This document shows, in pieces, positions 29,087-39,921 of a DNA stretch of 64,000 nucleotides (the first letter of the stretch is position 1; each line of letters opens with the position of its first letter). The notes below the pieces were generated by a model. It saw only the letters and a program-made list of their open reading frames with translations, was not told where the DNA came from and searched no databases. Origin of the DNA: a virus; IMG/VR virus record IMGVR_UViG_3300036715_002570, positions 64,001-128,000 of that record; one strand, 5' to 3'. The position numbers were made by a program, and so were the translations under genes.

Positions 29087-29614
29087 ATGAGCACACAGTA
29101 CCCCGCAATTGAATATAAGTGGACCTCTTCCAAGGAATATGTTGATGCATTTCCTGTTGCATACCGGCAATGGAGAGATGATGATAAGAATGGAGATATT
29201 CCTGGATGCAATAAAATTCACGGATATGCTTTCAGCATGAAATTTGAGTTTGGATCTAATGAACTTGATCGCCGAAATTGGGTTCAAGATTATGGATCTC
29301 TCAAGCCACTGAAAGAGTTCTTACAATCCCAGTTTGACCATACCTTGTTGGTCGCATCCGACGATCCTGAGTTGAGTTGGTATAAAGAGGCTGATAAGCG
29401 AGGGATCGCAAAGGTAATTGAACTACCCAATCTGGGGTGCGAATGTCTGGCTGATATGTTGTACAAGTACGTCAATGGTGTGTTTATTCCCACCGCATTC
29501 GGTTCGGGAGAATCAGATCGCATTTGGTGCTACAGGGTTTCAGTGCGAGAAACACAATCGAATGTCGCGTCTCGCACTGGTCATCGTGGGTGGGGAGAGG
29601 ACCTCTTTGCCTGA
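29087..29614 (+). CDS. queD: 6-carboxy-5,6,7,8-tetrahydropterin synthase
   Basis: C..IHGY, DYG.LK, FDH, CE.LA, V.ET. Confidence 0.85.
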   Translation: MSTQYPAIEYKWTSSKEYVDAFPVAYRQWRDDDKNGDIPGCNKIHGYAFSMKFEFGSNELDRRNWVQDYGSLKPLKEFLQSQFDHTLLVASDDPELSWYKEADKRGIAKVIELPNLGCECLADMLYKYVNGVFIPTAFGSGESDRIWCYRVSVRETQSNVASRTGHRGWGEDLFA

Positions 29615-30205
29615 AGTAGTAGTTCGCCACGGTGGTAGACAGCGCCGTGACCATAAACTTCTAAAAGTTTGGTATAGGCATTCGTCAGCATGAGCACATC
29701 CACAGCCCAACCCGTCGCCGATACATTCAATGAATGTATCGCTCAAGAGTTGATTCTGCAAGTCAATCCAAATGCAACAGAGGCAGAGATTACCGAGACT
29801 TGGCACAAGTGTCGCGATAATCCTTGGGATGCTGGCATCCTGTATGCTCTGTTGCAACTCGCAAGGGAGCGCGCATGATCGATACAACCGTCACCGTGTC
29901 GGGGATGGGTGGGTGCATCCAGAATGAGATTTTCTTGATCTCTGGTGCACCCCGCGCAGCGGGGGTTCATTGTCAAGGTGGATGACTCATACTCCCCCAC
30001 AGAGAAGTACGACGACCCCCTCAACACTCCAACAGGTTCGCCAGCATTGTCAGAAATTCAATGCTGGCATACTATCCCCTAACAGACCGCAAGCACGAAC
30101 CAAATACTGTACGTATTATTGCTCGCCATATTCCCCGGGGGCGGTTAAACACAACATTGAAAGTGAATGCCATAAATACAGCACCTGCCCCATAGGAGCG
30201 TATGT

Positions 30206-31480
30206 ATGACATTCAAAATGATCCGGGAAGCACAAGCGCTTGCCCGCCTCGGCCGTAATGCTGAATTCACCCAAACCGTTAAGAACGTGTTGGGTGTTGA
30301 CTCTGTAATCGGCTTGCCTGTGCTGCACGAAGGTGCAAGCCCTGAGCCAAGTGACTTCTCAACTTGGCTAACGACTCTCGTCGATCACGCCGCTGATGCT
30401 GGCATCAACATTTCAAAGCGTCAGGACTTTATGGACCTGGCCCACGAAATGTTTGACAACGACCCAAAGATGGGTATGTTTGGTGGTGGCCACAAGATGC
30501 GTGAGCGTTGTGCCAATATGCTGTGGGCTCAGTACAAGATGAACCAAGCCCACCAGCAAGTGCAAGATCACGTTGCCAACGTTGTTGCCCCAGGCAACGA
30601 AAACGAAGAGTCTGGCTTCAGCCAAGCGCTGACGATGGCCAAGGGTAGCGAAAATGAAGAGCGTGCTCGCACAAAAGCGCCTGTTCTTGCTCGTGCTCTG
30701 AAGGTTAACACGAAGACCAAGAAGAACCCATACCCAGCTGGATCTCTCCGTGCAGCGCTGTGGGATGACCTGCATTCAGGCTCTGAGGATGAGGAAGAAG
30801 ATCCAGAACTGCAAGACGATGTCAACGATGAGATTCCATCCGACATGGACGAGCCAGATTCATCCGATATGTCTCCAGATCAACTCGCCATGCGCATTAC
30901 CGGTGTAGCACACACTAGCGAGGATGACGAGGGCGACATCGAAGCACGTCTCGATGACCTAGAACAGCGCGTATCTGACATCGAAGGTACAGATAAGGAC
31001 GTCGGCAACGATGAACTGCTGGACCAGGAGCGCGAAGACAATCCAGAAATGGATCATCCAAAGGCTGATGACGACACCGACGACGCTGGCATCGACCAGA
31101 TGGGCGATGACGAGTACGCTGACGATGATGGTGAGGAAGATCCGATTGCCGCTGTCCGCAATAAGCCAGAAGGTGAAAAGCCTCGTGCTTTCCAACCAGG
31201 TGCACGCTTCCAAGAGGACGAAGAGTTTTCACCGGAAGTAACCAAGACGATTTTCCAACACGCCATCACACAACCTAAGCAGCATATGGCTCAGGCTCTG
31301 AAGGATGAGGAAGATGCTGGTGCGACAGCTTGGCTGAAGACACAACTGCCTAAGAATCCCCACCCAAAGGATTCACCAGCACACCGTGCTTGGATGAAGG
31401 GTCTGCGCAACACTGCTGCGCAAGCTCTGGGTATTAACCTGAAGCCTCGCGACCCCGTGAAGACCAAGAAGAAGCGCTAA
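30206..31480 (+). CDS. Highly acidic late protein (possible head/scaffold-associated)
   Basis: CATAAATA 30171-30178; D/E-rich; two KNP(Y/H)P..S...W motifs. Confidence 0.65.
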   Translation: MTFKMIREAQALARLGRNAEFTQTVKNVLGVDSVIGLPVLHEGASPEPSDFSTWLTTLVDHAADAGINISKRQDFMDLAHEMFDNDPKMGMFGGGHKMRERCANMLWAQYKMNQAHQQVQDHVANVVAPGNENEESGFSQALTMAKGSENEERARTKAPVLARALKVNTKTKKNPYPAGSLRAALWDDLHSGSEDEEEDPELQDDVNDEIPSDMDEPDSSDMSPDQLAMRITGVAHTSEDDEGDIEARLDDLEQRVSDIEGTDKDVGNDELLDQEREDNPEMDHPKADDDTDDAGIDQMGDDEYADDDGEEDPIAAVRNKPEGEKPRAFQPGARFQEDEEFSPEVTKTIFQHAITQPKQHMAQALKDEEDAGATAWLKTQLPKNPHPKDSPAHRAWMKGLRNTAAQALGINLKPRDPVKTKKKR

Positions 31481-31588
31481 TGCACCGCGCGTAGAGAGAA
31501 CTAGAGCACCCAACAGTGTTCAGTTCTCTCTACTCACTTTCGGTCGTATAATCATAACAGACGTGTATGTAACACGCAAGAGAAAACA

Positions 31589-31960
31589 ATGCAAGAAGCG
31601 AAGCCTTTCCTGACGGTTCAAGAGCTGATCGATCACGTTGACACCGTTCTCCTATCGTATCAATCCGTGCTCCAGCATGCGCGCGCCGGCACGATTGACA
31701 CTCTATACCATAGCACCATCAAGTGCGTCGTTGACGAAATGATGATGATGCCTTCTCGTCGTGTAGACTTGAAGATGGAGGTGGTTGAGGAGCAGCAAAA
31801 GGTAACTGAGGGGATGGCTACAATCACTAACATCCTCGCTGCAATGTGTGATCGTACCCTAACTGAAGTTACTGAAGATGTGGCTAAGGTAATAGGCGAA
31901 TTTCCCCAGCAGGATGTCATTACAGCCACACAGCTTCGCCGAACGAATATGCTCAACTGA
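31589..31960 (+). CDS. Hypothetical protein
   Basis: 123-aa ORF after hairpin. Confidence 0.5.
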   Translation: MQEAKPFLTVQELIDHVDTVLLSYQSVLQHARAGTIDTLYHSTIKCVVDEMMMMPSRRVDLKMEVVEEQQKVTEGMATITNILAAMCDRTLTEVTEDVAKVIGEFPQQDVITATQLRRTNMLN

Positions 31961-32028
31961 GTTGAGCATTAAACCCCTATCAGATAGGATATCGGTCATT
32001 CCAGCCGCTATCCTGCTGAGGAGGCCCT

Positions 32029-32994
32029 TTGGCTAAGAAACAAGCACCGTATTTCACACTGGCTCCTACACAAAAACCGAAAGTTGAGCCACCACCTGCC
32101 CAACTCCAGCTGTTCAGCAAGATGCACTTTGCGGCAATCGATCCGAAGATCGAACAGCTCGCTGATGAAGTCGCCCCGCGACTGAACAGAACAACGTCGA
32201 TGACGTATTACGCAGTGCTCCATCCGGAGACTGTGTTTGAGCGGCTCGACGACATCCAGCCCGACACTGCTCAATACGAAAAGTGGTCGTTGTGTGGCGT
32301 TACTGCTCAAGTAACCCCGAAGCGGATCCGCTCGTTCAGGGGCAACCTGAAATGTGTCTGCTGCGGCCGTGAAGGTAATATGTTCCTTGTCGAGCGCCAC
32401 AAAAACGACATAGGAGGATGCCAGTATCTGAACCTGTATCATGCGAGCCAATCTGGGCTCGCTCTGATGACGGTTGATCACATCCTGCCCGATAGTCTTG
32501 GTGGCAAGTACAGTCAAGACAACTTCCAGACGATGTGCCGCAGCTGCAACAGCGCCAAGGGCAACCTGATGTCGATCCCTGAGATTGAGAAGGTTCGCGC
32601 AAACATCGCTTTGTACGCAAAATCCTGGGTCGTACATGAATTCCTTGACCTGCTGTTGAGCTTGCAGCTGCATATCAATAAGGCAGAGGAAAACACGAAG
32701 GAACAGTCAGACTTGCGCAAAATCTTCGATCAGTACCGCCGCCGCATTAAGTACAACACCAAGCCGGGTGCTGCTAACGCCGCTGTGCTCGAATTGCGTC
32801 AAGCTATCGACCGCCACTTCAGCCCGCGGCCCGTGATCGCCGCCCATGTCGTGAAGCCGCATTCGTGGCTTCACGAGATTAAGTTGGCGTATCGTCGCTG
32901 GCGCAAGCAATCCAAGAAACTGGTTGCACAGTCGATTCGCCGGATGGGCGTATCACTAGTAAACATGTCGAACGCAATGCTGTCGGATAAGTAA
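32029..32994 (+). CDS. HNH-domain protein
   Basis: CxxC..MTVDHILP..GG...NFQTMCRSCNSAKGN. Confidence 0.8.
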   Translation: MAKKQAPYFTLAPTQKPKVEPPPAQLQLFSKMHFAAIDPKIEQLADEVAPRLNRTTSMTYYAVLHPETVFERLDDIQPDTAQYEKWSLCGVTAQVTPKRIRSFRGNLKCVCCGREGNMFLVERHKNDIGGCQYLNLYHASQSGLALMTVDHILPDSLGGKYSQDNFQTMCRSCNSAKGNLMSIPEIEKVRANIALYAKSWVVHEFLDLLLSLQLHINKAEENTKEQSDLRKIFDQYRRRIKYNTKPGAANAAVLELRQAIDRHFSPRPVIAAHVVKPHSWLHEIKLAYRRWRKQSKKLVAQSIRRMGVSLVNMSNAMLSDK

Positions 32995-34080
32995 CCCTGT
33001 TGTTTAATGGGTTTTGATCGATTAGGATCGAAACATCAACAGCAGGAAATTACATGAGCAGCTTCGCCAGAAAATTCAATGGTACTCATGTACTGTCTGC
33101 CATTGTGAATGCCACGGTGACCATCATCGTGTGTACGCTTACCGCCATCGGTGCGTTTGCGATCGGTCACATTGCGGGTTGGTGGTGATATGAACTTCAA
33201 CGGCATTGAGAAAATGATTCTGGGCCTCATCTTCTGGGATGTGGTTGCTGTGCTAGCTGTTGGGGCTCTGTGCTCCGGCATTGTGTACGGCGTGTACAAG
33301 GCTGGCCAAGCCATTGGTGCTTGGTAACGGGAGAATACCATGGACGACGAAAAGGTTTGCACGAACTACCTCGGCTACAAGCAGTTTGTAGACGAAAAGG
33401 GTCGCTACAAGTGCATCTGCTGCAAACTGCCGTACACCAACGAGGGTGATGGTCTGTTGTGCAAGATGTGTGCCGACAAAGAGGTTGGTGATGACTGACT
33501 TTAACGTCGCTATCCGGCGTGCGACGAGCATACACGGAGCAAGCACGATCTGTGTTGCGGTGGGTACTTTCGTGGATTGATTGAGCTTGACTCTTGATTT
33601 GGGTCTTGTGATAGTCTGTATACTGGTTTTTACAAGACGAAGCCAAGTCGAGACGACAACCCAACATCGTCGGCCTCGCGAGGCCGACGATGTTGCACCG
33701 AAGGTGCAGTGATTGCTGTTCTCGAAACAAGAGGAGCACACCATGTACCCGATTCTGCCAGCCAACCCAAATACCATCACCCCTCAATCCCGAGGGGGGG
33801 TGATGTCCGCTGCCGATGTCGTTCGTAAGTACGCGATAATCGATCGTCATGCGGATATCTATAATGCGGTTCAGGTGGACCTCGCACACCTGCGATCTTG
33901 GGACACGTATCAACGGACTACTGCTGAGGAGCGTGAGCAGGCAAAGATCGCGCTCTACACAGTCTTCCACGAGAGACTTCCGGGTGGAAAGCCGCAGAGG
34001 CTGCATTGAATTGCCCTCTTGACTTTTACCCTAAATCCTCCGATACTGGCTTCATTGTCGATCAACCGAGGATTCCCCAC

Positions 34081-35256
34081 ATGAGCACTACCGACCCCGA
34101 CTTCGAACAGAATGAACTCGCCAACTCGATCGAGGACGGGCTCAATCCGGACAGCCTTGTTGAGATGTACGGTGAGCGCGAAATGCGGTGGTATCAGGTT
34201 GCAGCTCGCAACCAAGCCGTCGCCGCTCTCGAATCGGGCAGCAAGCGGGTCCTGATCGTTCTGCCCACGGGCGCAGGTAAGACCCTGACGATCGCCGCTT
34301 CCCTGTCGTTCCCCGCGATGCGACACGCACTCGGCGTTACGGGCGATCGTCCGCTCCGCGTGCTGTTCATCGCACACAAGCACCGGTTGCTGTCGCAGGC
34401 CGAATCGACGTTCGTCTCCGAGAGCAACGTCGAACTGATCGCTCACAGTGCCTTCAGTGACCTCCCACCCGATCTGATCAAGAACGGCTGGGACGTGACA
34501 GTGATCGACGAGGCGCATCATGAAGCTGCCTCAACATTCCAGCTGCATTTGGAGCGACTCGGCAATCGCCCGATCATCGGCCTGTCTGCCACACCCGATC
34601 GTGCGGATGGCTGCCTGATCAAGTTCGATGTGATCATCAATCCGATCTCGCGTGAGCAGGCCGTGGCAGAGGGCTTCCTGGCGGAGACGTCGATCCACTC
34701 GTTCGTTGACGCCTCAATGAAGGACAAGACGGAGATCCTGACCGACATCTTCATGAACTTTGGCCATCAGATGGGCCAGACGATGGTGTTCCTGAAGACC
34801 AAGAAGGAAGTCGCTGCGATCACGCTCGTGCTCCAGTCGCTCGGCTACAAGGCAGTTGCGATCCTCAACCAGACCGAACGCGAACTCAACCGTGTGCTCA
34901 ACGACTTCTCGGACGGCAAGATCCAGTACGTGGTCAACTGCAACAAGATCAACGAGGGCGTTGACGTCAAGGGCTGCACCGATGTCGTCCTTGGACGCCA
35001 ATTTGGCTCGTACCCGCAGCTGAACCAAGTGATCGGTCGGGCAGCTCGGCCCGACTCGGACTGCAATGTGTGGGAGCTGATCAACCCGCTGTCTGGCCGT
35101 AACCTCGATACGACTGTGATCGTCGGCACGCCGAAGGAACACCGCCTGATGTCGAAGCGTGGCACAAAGTGGAACGAGCGTCAGTTCGACTATGTGACGC
35201 ACCGCACGAACAAGCAGCTGGGCATTGCGTCTGGCATCCGCATTCGTCATAACTGA
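34081..35256 (+). CDS. Superfamily 2 helicase (DExH, UvsW/ResIII-like)
   Basis: Q motif, PTGAGKT, DEAHH, SATP, EGVDV, QVIGRAAR. Confidence 0.9.
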   Translation: MSTTDPDFEQNELANSIEDGLNPDSLVEMYGEREMRWYQVAARNQAVAALESGSKRVLIVLPTGAGKTLTIAASLSFPAMRHALGVTGDRPLRVLFIAHKHRLLSQAESTFVSESNVELIAHSAFSDLPPDLIKNGWDVTVIDEAHHEAASTFQLHLERLGNRPIIGLSATPDRADGCLIKFDVIINPISREQAVAEGFLAETSIHSFVDASMKDKTEILTDIFMNFGHQMGQTMVFLKTKKEVAAITLVLQSLGYKAVAILNQTERELNRVLNDFSDGKIQYVVNCNKINEGVDVKGCTDVVLGRQFGSYPQLNQVIGRAARPDSDCNVWELINPLSGRNLDTTVIVGTPKEHRLMSKRGTKWNERQFDYVTHRTNKQLGIASGIRIRHN

Positions 35257-35265
35257 CGTGCAGCA

Positions 35266-35299
35266 AACAAAAACGGCCCCCACGGGGGCCGTTTTTGTT
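35266..35299. terminator. Bidirectional terminator between convergent genes
   Basis: AACAAAAACGGCCCC-loop-GGGGCCGTTTTTGTT. Confidence 0.85.
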
Positions 35300-35310
35300 A
35301 TCGGTGTGCC

Positions 35311-35769
35311 TTACTTCACTGGTGCACCCATGTACTTCAGCAGCTTGTAGCAGTCTACGCGGTCATCTGAAGTTGCTGGCAGGCCCGCACGGCGTGCAAC
35401 CTCTGCACCAAGCCTGAAGCAGTACCACTTGTTGCGGTCCGCTGTATCAAAACCAACAATGAAGCCCAACAGACCACGCCAGTCGTAGTCCTTGTATAGT
35501 TGTGTTTCCAACCACGTGAGAGCTTCTGCCTCGTTAGGAGCGCTAGCCTCTACGATTTGATGATCGGGGAATCCCTCCAGGAAGCTGTTAAGAGAGCGTT
35601 TCGTTACGCCGCTGCGCCGTGCGAACGCATCGATGATGTGCTTGCCGTCGGCTGTAACGATGGCACAGTGAGCCCATGGTGCAAGGCCAAAGTGACCTGC
35701 CCGCAGTCCTTGTACTAGGCGTGACAGTGTGCTGAGGAATGCTGTGTCGCGGGTGAAAATAATCTTCAT
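35311..35769 (-). CDS. Permuted papain-like (YaeF/YiiX, NlpC/P60) enzyme
   Basis: W.HCAI..YDW..WYC order His-then-Cys. Confidence 0.7.
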   Translation of the reverse strand: MKIIFTRDTAFLSTLSRLVQGLRAGHFGLAPWAHCAIVTADGKHIIDAFARRSGVTKRSLNSFLEGFPDHQIVEASAPNEAEALTWLETQLYKDYDWRGLLGFIVGFDTADRNKWYCFRLGAEVARRAGLPATSDDRVDCYKLLKYMGAPVK

Positions 35770-36161
35770 GGTTGTCCATTTGGCGTGTTGTTTGACCCAG
35801 TTATTTATCCAACGCTGTTAGTTATTTGGGAGATTCAACCATGCAAATATTCAAGATCAGGAACTCAGTAGGACTGTTCTCAACAGGCGGCGCCTCACCG
35901 CGATGGGCAAAGTCTGGCACCGTCGCGGTGATCATCTAGCGCAATCGGACTGCGCAGCGGTGTGCGGAATACGAACGCCTCAAGTGAGAATTCGGCTGAG
36001 GCCCCATTGACATTCAGCATTGCGTGGCGGGCAGTGCTTGGTTCGTCTGATTTTTGTGGGCACACCCTGCAAAAATCAGTAAATGGCCCTGTTGATCTTT
36101 CACCCTAAAACGATGATGATGGTCCCATCGCTGATCAAACCATTCCGAGGAAGCCCATATT

Positions 36162-37412
36162 ATGCTGAAGATCGATCCCAAGCTGCTGACTGTTGAAATC
36201 GTCCAACTGAAGGCTGTCACAACCGCTCTTGGCGGCAGCATCAGCGTGGTCGATCCCGAAGCCAGCGCGCCTGGCAAAGAAGCATACAAGCGGATCGCTG
36301 TTCCGTTGGCTGTGGCCCGTTCGTTCATCCAGAAAACCAAGAAAATCACGCGCTATCTCAAGCCCGTGTACACCGCCCTCGTTCGATACGACAACAAGCT
36401 GGTTGTGGCAATGGAACGCCACCCCCTTGCTGCAATGGGTGCTCTCGAGGAAGTGCTGGAAGATGGTACCGTCCATCGCTGGCGCGCTGCATGTGAGGTC
36501 AACCTGCGGTCGACTGTGATTCCGCTGCTGTCGAGCTTGAACCGCACGTGGTACTTCGACGGCCGCTACGCGTACGCACTCGCTACGAACGATCCGTCGG
36601 CTGCGATCCGCTCCGGCACGTTTCTGACGCGCAATGGCAGCTTCCGCAAGGTCATCGCCTCGTGCATCGATCTCCAGGAGCTGTCCGACGTCAACAAGTT
36701 GACCGTGTGCGACCGCAGCTGCTTGGCCTTCGTGACCAGCAGCGGCCAGTACGCGATCTCCCCTCCGATCTGGAAGAACCTGTCGGACGTTGGTGGCACT
36801 GCTCTGCGCAAGGCTGCAGCGGCTGAATCCACTGAAGACGAGGATGACGATGAAGGTACTGCACCCGACGCCGAGCACCCGGATGACCAACACGTGTACA
36901 ACTTCGACGAGATCGACCGTACGCTGGCCGTCAACCTGAATTTCGCTCTCGCCGCAGGCAATGAAATCGGTAAGCTGTTCGGATTCGAACAGATCGAGCC
37001 GCTCCAGCTCGATCGGTTGATGATCGAGCTGCATACGACCAACCTGCCGAACGTGCCAAAGCAAGTGAAGGCGACGTACGACACGGGCCTGCAATTCACC
37101 CACGCGATGGCGTGGCTGATCGGAATGTTCCGTCACACGAAGACGCTGGACACGCTGATCATGATGCGAGCCCTGATGAAGTACCTGACGCAGAAGGGCG
37201 TGTTCCGTAGCAGCACGTTTGATGCTGCTCACGTGTTCATGGAAGGCAAGTCGCAAGCTGACGTCCCCGTCCACAAGCTGGATGACCTGCTGCATGACGA
37301 CACGACGAAGGTATCGATCGGCGCCCTGCTGAACCAGGCTCGCCGCGGTGCCAAGGCACGCAAGGGCCAGCCCCTGATTCACCAAATCGGTGGCATGTTG
37401 AACGAAGAGTGA
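36162..37412 (+). CDS. Hypothetical protein
   Basis: 416 aa, GAGG RBS, biased codon usage. Confidence 0.7.
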   Translation: MLKIDPKLLTVEIVQLKAVTTALGGSISVVDPEASAPGKEAYKRIAVPLAVARSFIQKTKKITRYLKPVYTALVRYDNKLVVAMERHPLAAMGALEEVLEDGTVHRWRAACEVNLRSTVIPLLSSLNRTWYFDGRYAYALATNDPSAAIRSGTFLTRNGSFRKVIASCIDLQELSDVNKLTVCDRSCLAFVTSSGQYAISPPIWKNLSDVGGTALRKAAAAESTEDEDDDEGTAPDAEHPDDQHVYNFDEIDRTLAVNLNFALAAGNEIGKLFGFEQIEPLQLDRLMIELHTTNLPNVPKQVKATYDTGLQFTHAMAWLIGMFRHTKTLDTLIMMRALMKYLTQKGVFRSSTFDAAHVFMEGKSQADVPVHKLDDLLHDDTTKVSIGALLNQARRGAKARKGQPLIHQIGGMLNEE

Positions 37413-37713
37413 GGAGCGAACACATGGACAAGATCCCGAACCAATTCACTGCGGAAGACCGCGAACGCGTTGCGGACGGCTATCCGCCGCTCGATATGAA
37501 GGACGCGGTGATGTACACGCTTACATACCTCCCTGGGATGTGAGCTAAACGGCCCAGTAAATACACCGTTGACATCCTTCAGCGTTTCGCTTAGGATATC
37601 TTCACTGAACGACGTACGCGTACGAAGTCCAGTGTGTAGTTCGAGTCGGAAGCATCTTCGCCTCCCTCTCCCACCATCAACTCTAAATGTCTGCGGACAG
37701 ATAGGATACTGAA

Positions 37714-38808
37714 ATGACGCAATTCCACCTCCTGCGTGGTTCTTCGGTCGAAGCCAAGGCCGTCTCCACTGGTTCTGGGAAGGACCGCAAGGTACTCGCC
37801 GAGATCGAGATCGACGGCAAGTTCCAACACCGCTTCACGCCGCAGTCGCGCGTGTCGAAGCACCTCGAGATCATGACGCCCAAGGATCTCAGTGCCCGTC
37901 TCTCGGGCGGCTCGTTCTTCTTCATCGACGAAGAGGACGGCGAAGGTCCGAAGATGGTTGACTTCCGCGACGGCCAATACCACGGGTTCATCCACACCGA
38001 TGAGTCTGTCGGCAAGTTCATGGAAGTGCTCGGCTTCACTCACCGCAACACGATCCCGCTCCACCGTCGCAAGCGGAACGCCAGTGAAGACGTCACCGAC
38101 GTCGTGCTCCGTCGCGAGTGGTCGAACGGCGAAATCGAGGTCCCTGGTTACCAGTCCGGCGGCCAGTTCAACTCGCGCCTGTCGTTCGTCTGGAATCCGT
38201 ACGTCAAGACGATCAATAGCACGTTCGACCTCGTCCGTCTGATCTGCACCAACGGTGCGGTTGGCCTGACGTCGTTTCTGAACACGAAGATTCCTCTGCA
38301 GAACCGCTGGGAGGAGCACCTGGACATCGCGTCGCGCCAGATCCAGAACAAGGTCAGCTCGATCGTGGTCGAACGCGTCCAGCGGATGATCGAGGAACGT
38401 GCGTCTGTCGGCGAGTGCCTGCTGCTCGAGCAGCACATTTTCGATCGGTTGTACTCGCCGACTCCGAAGTCGGATAACGAGCGTGAGCGTCTGCTGGCGC
38501 TGCTGTCCGCCGTGTCGCCGCAAGCGCACATGAGCCAGGTGTACCGTGAGGAAGTGTTCCTCAACAAGGCACTCGCTGCTCAAGTGCAGGGCCACCTGTC
38601 GCACTTCGATCTGTGGAACATCGCGACCGAAGTGCGCACGCACACTGGATCGTCCGCTAACAGCTCGGATAACGCGCTGGACAAGCTGGCCAACAGCCTG
38701 ATGTTCGACGTGGAAGACAACTACTCGCTGTCGAACGCGCGGATGAGCGCGCCGTCGCTCAGCTCGTTCGCTGACCCCGAAAGGGCTTTTTATGGGACGT
38801 TGAACTGA
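37714..38808 (+). CDS. DUF932-like protein
   Basis: VRLICTNG motif; terminator follows. Confidence 0.6.
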   Translation: MTQFHLLRGSSVEAKAVSTGSGKDRKVLAEIEIDGKFQHRFTPQSRVSKHLEIMTPKDLSARLSGGSFFFIDEEDGEGPKMVDFRDGQYHGFIHTDESVGKFMEVLGFTHRNTIPLHRRKRNASEDVTDVVLRREWSNGEIEVPGYQSGGQFNSRLSFVWNPYVKTINSTFDLVRLICTNGAVGLTSFLNTKIPLQNRWEEHLDIASRQIQNKVSSIVVERVQRMIEERASVGECLLLEQHIFDRLYSPTPKSDNERERLLALLSAVSPQAHMSQVYREEVFLNKALAAQVQGHLSHFDLWNIATEVRTHTGSSANSSDNALDKLANSLMFDVEDNYSLSNARMSAPSLSSFADPERAFYGTLN

Positions 38809-39150
38809 GCACCCACCTGCTGGGCTGAAAGCCGCCTCCGGGCGGCTTTCCCTTTGCCTGATCCGTCTAGCTGATTCGGCAAGCTATAACGGGGATTTCC
38901 TACGATGAAAGCTGCTGTGTAGAAAAACGATCTATGATGGCGCCATCATAGATCGTTTACCCTAACGCAACCGTTGATAGCGAAGGGTTGTCACCCTTAC
39001 AGGTCTGTGACGACCTGAACGAGGACTACGAAGATCACCTGGTCGTCCAGTGCACGCGTTCCGACGGAGATGCCCATTCGCTCCGTTTAGGGTTAACGAT
39101 AACTATGTTATGATACTCATCTTTTCAACTCCTCTATAAGGAATATCACC

Positions 39151-39726
39151 ATGAAGATCAAACTGATCGCTGCCATTCTGGCGCTCGCCTTCTCGTCCGC
39201 TCACGCTGCCTCGACCACTGTCGGCGTTGAGTACGACTACAACCACAGCATGAACAACATGCACACGCACTACTTCGCCGCCGGCGTGACCGAATCGTTC
39301 GACAACTTCAGCGTCGACGGGTGGGTGCAATCGCAGCGCTTAACTGACGGTGCCTCACCGGTCGACAACATCAACGGCTGGGAGGTCGGCGTGTCCCACA
39401 CGTTCGCACTGCCGAAAGACTTCACGCTGTACGGCCGCACCGCGATCGGCACGTTCCACGGCATTGGCCCGTCGGACGGCATCGCCAACTACTCGCTGAC
39501 GACCGCCGAAGTCGGCCACCGCCTGAATGGCCACACGCTCGGCTACGCCAGCTACAGCTACACGCTCGGTCTGAACGATTTCGCTATCCCGGTGATCCGC
39601 CGCTGGCAAGTCGGCGTGGACACTGAGCTGACCAAGAACTTGACGGTTCGCACTGGCTACTCGATGCAGCGCGCGAACAATCAGGTCTACAATGGCCTGG
39701 TCGTCGTGACGTCGTACACGTTCTGA
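39151..39726 (+). CDS. Outer-membrane beta-barrel protein
   Basis: Signal peptide (..SAHA), alternating amphipathic strands, C-terminal SYTF BAM-type signal. Confidence 0.75.
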   Translation: MKIKLIAAILALAFSSAHAASTTVGVEYDYNHSMNNMHTHYFAAGVTESFDNFSVDGWVQSQRLTDGASPVDNINGWEVGVSHTFALPKDFTLYGRTAIGTFHGIGPSDGIANYSLTTAEVGHRLNGHTLGYASYSYTLGLNDFAIPVIRRWQVGVDTELTKNLTVRTGYSMQRANNQVYNGLVVVTSYTF

Positions 39727-39921
39727 CCAACGTGTCCCACTCGTTGCCTAACTTCAGCCGCATGTTGACGGCTGAACAGATCCAAGATCGCTTGCAACGG
39801 TTTTGGGACAGCAATGAACAGGATTGGAGCGTATTCGACGACGTTCCAATCCTGTTCAGCACGTCTGTGTGATGTATCCGCACAGAATCCGTATGATCAA
39901 CCTTTCCCTTGAGGTGCTCCC

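Noticed and set aside
36135-38643. Long minus-strand ORFs 36135..37385 and 37591..38643
   Set aside because: Antisense shadows of codon-biased plus-strand genes; no RBS or motifs
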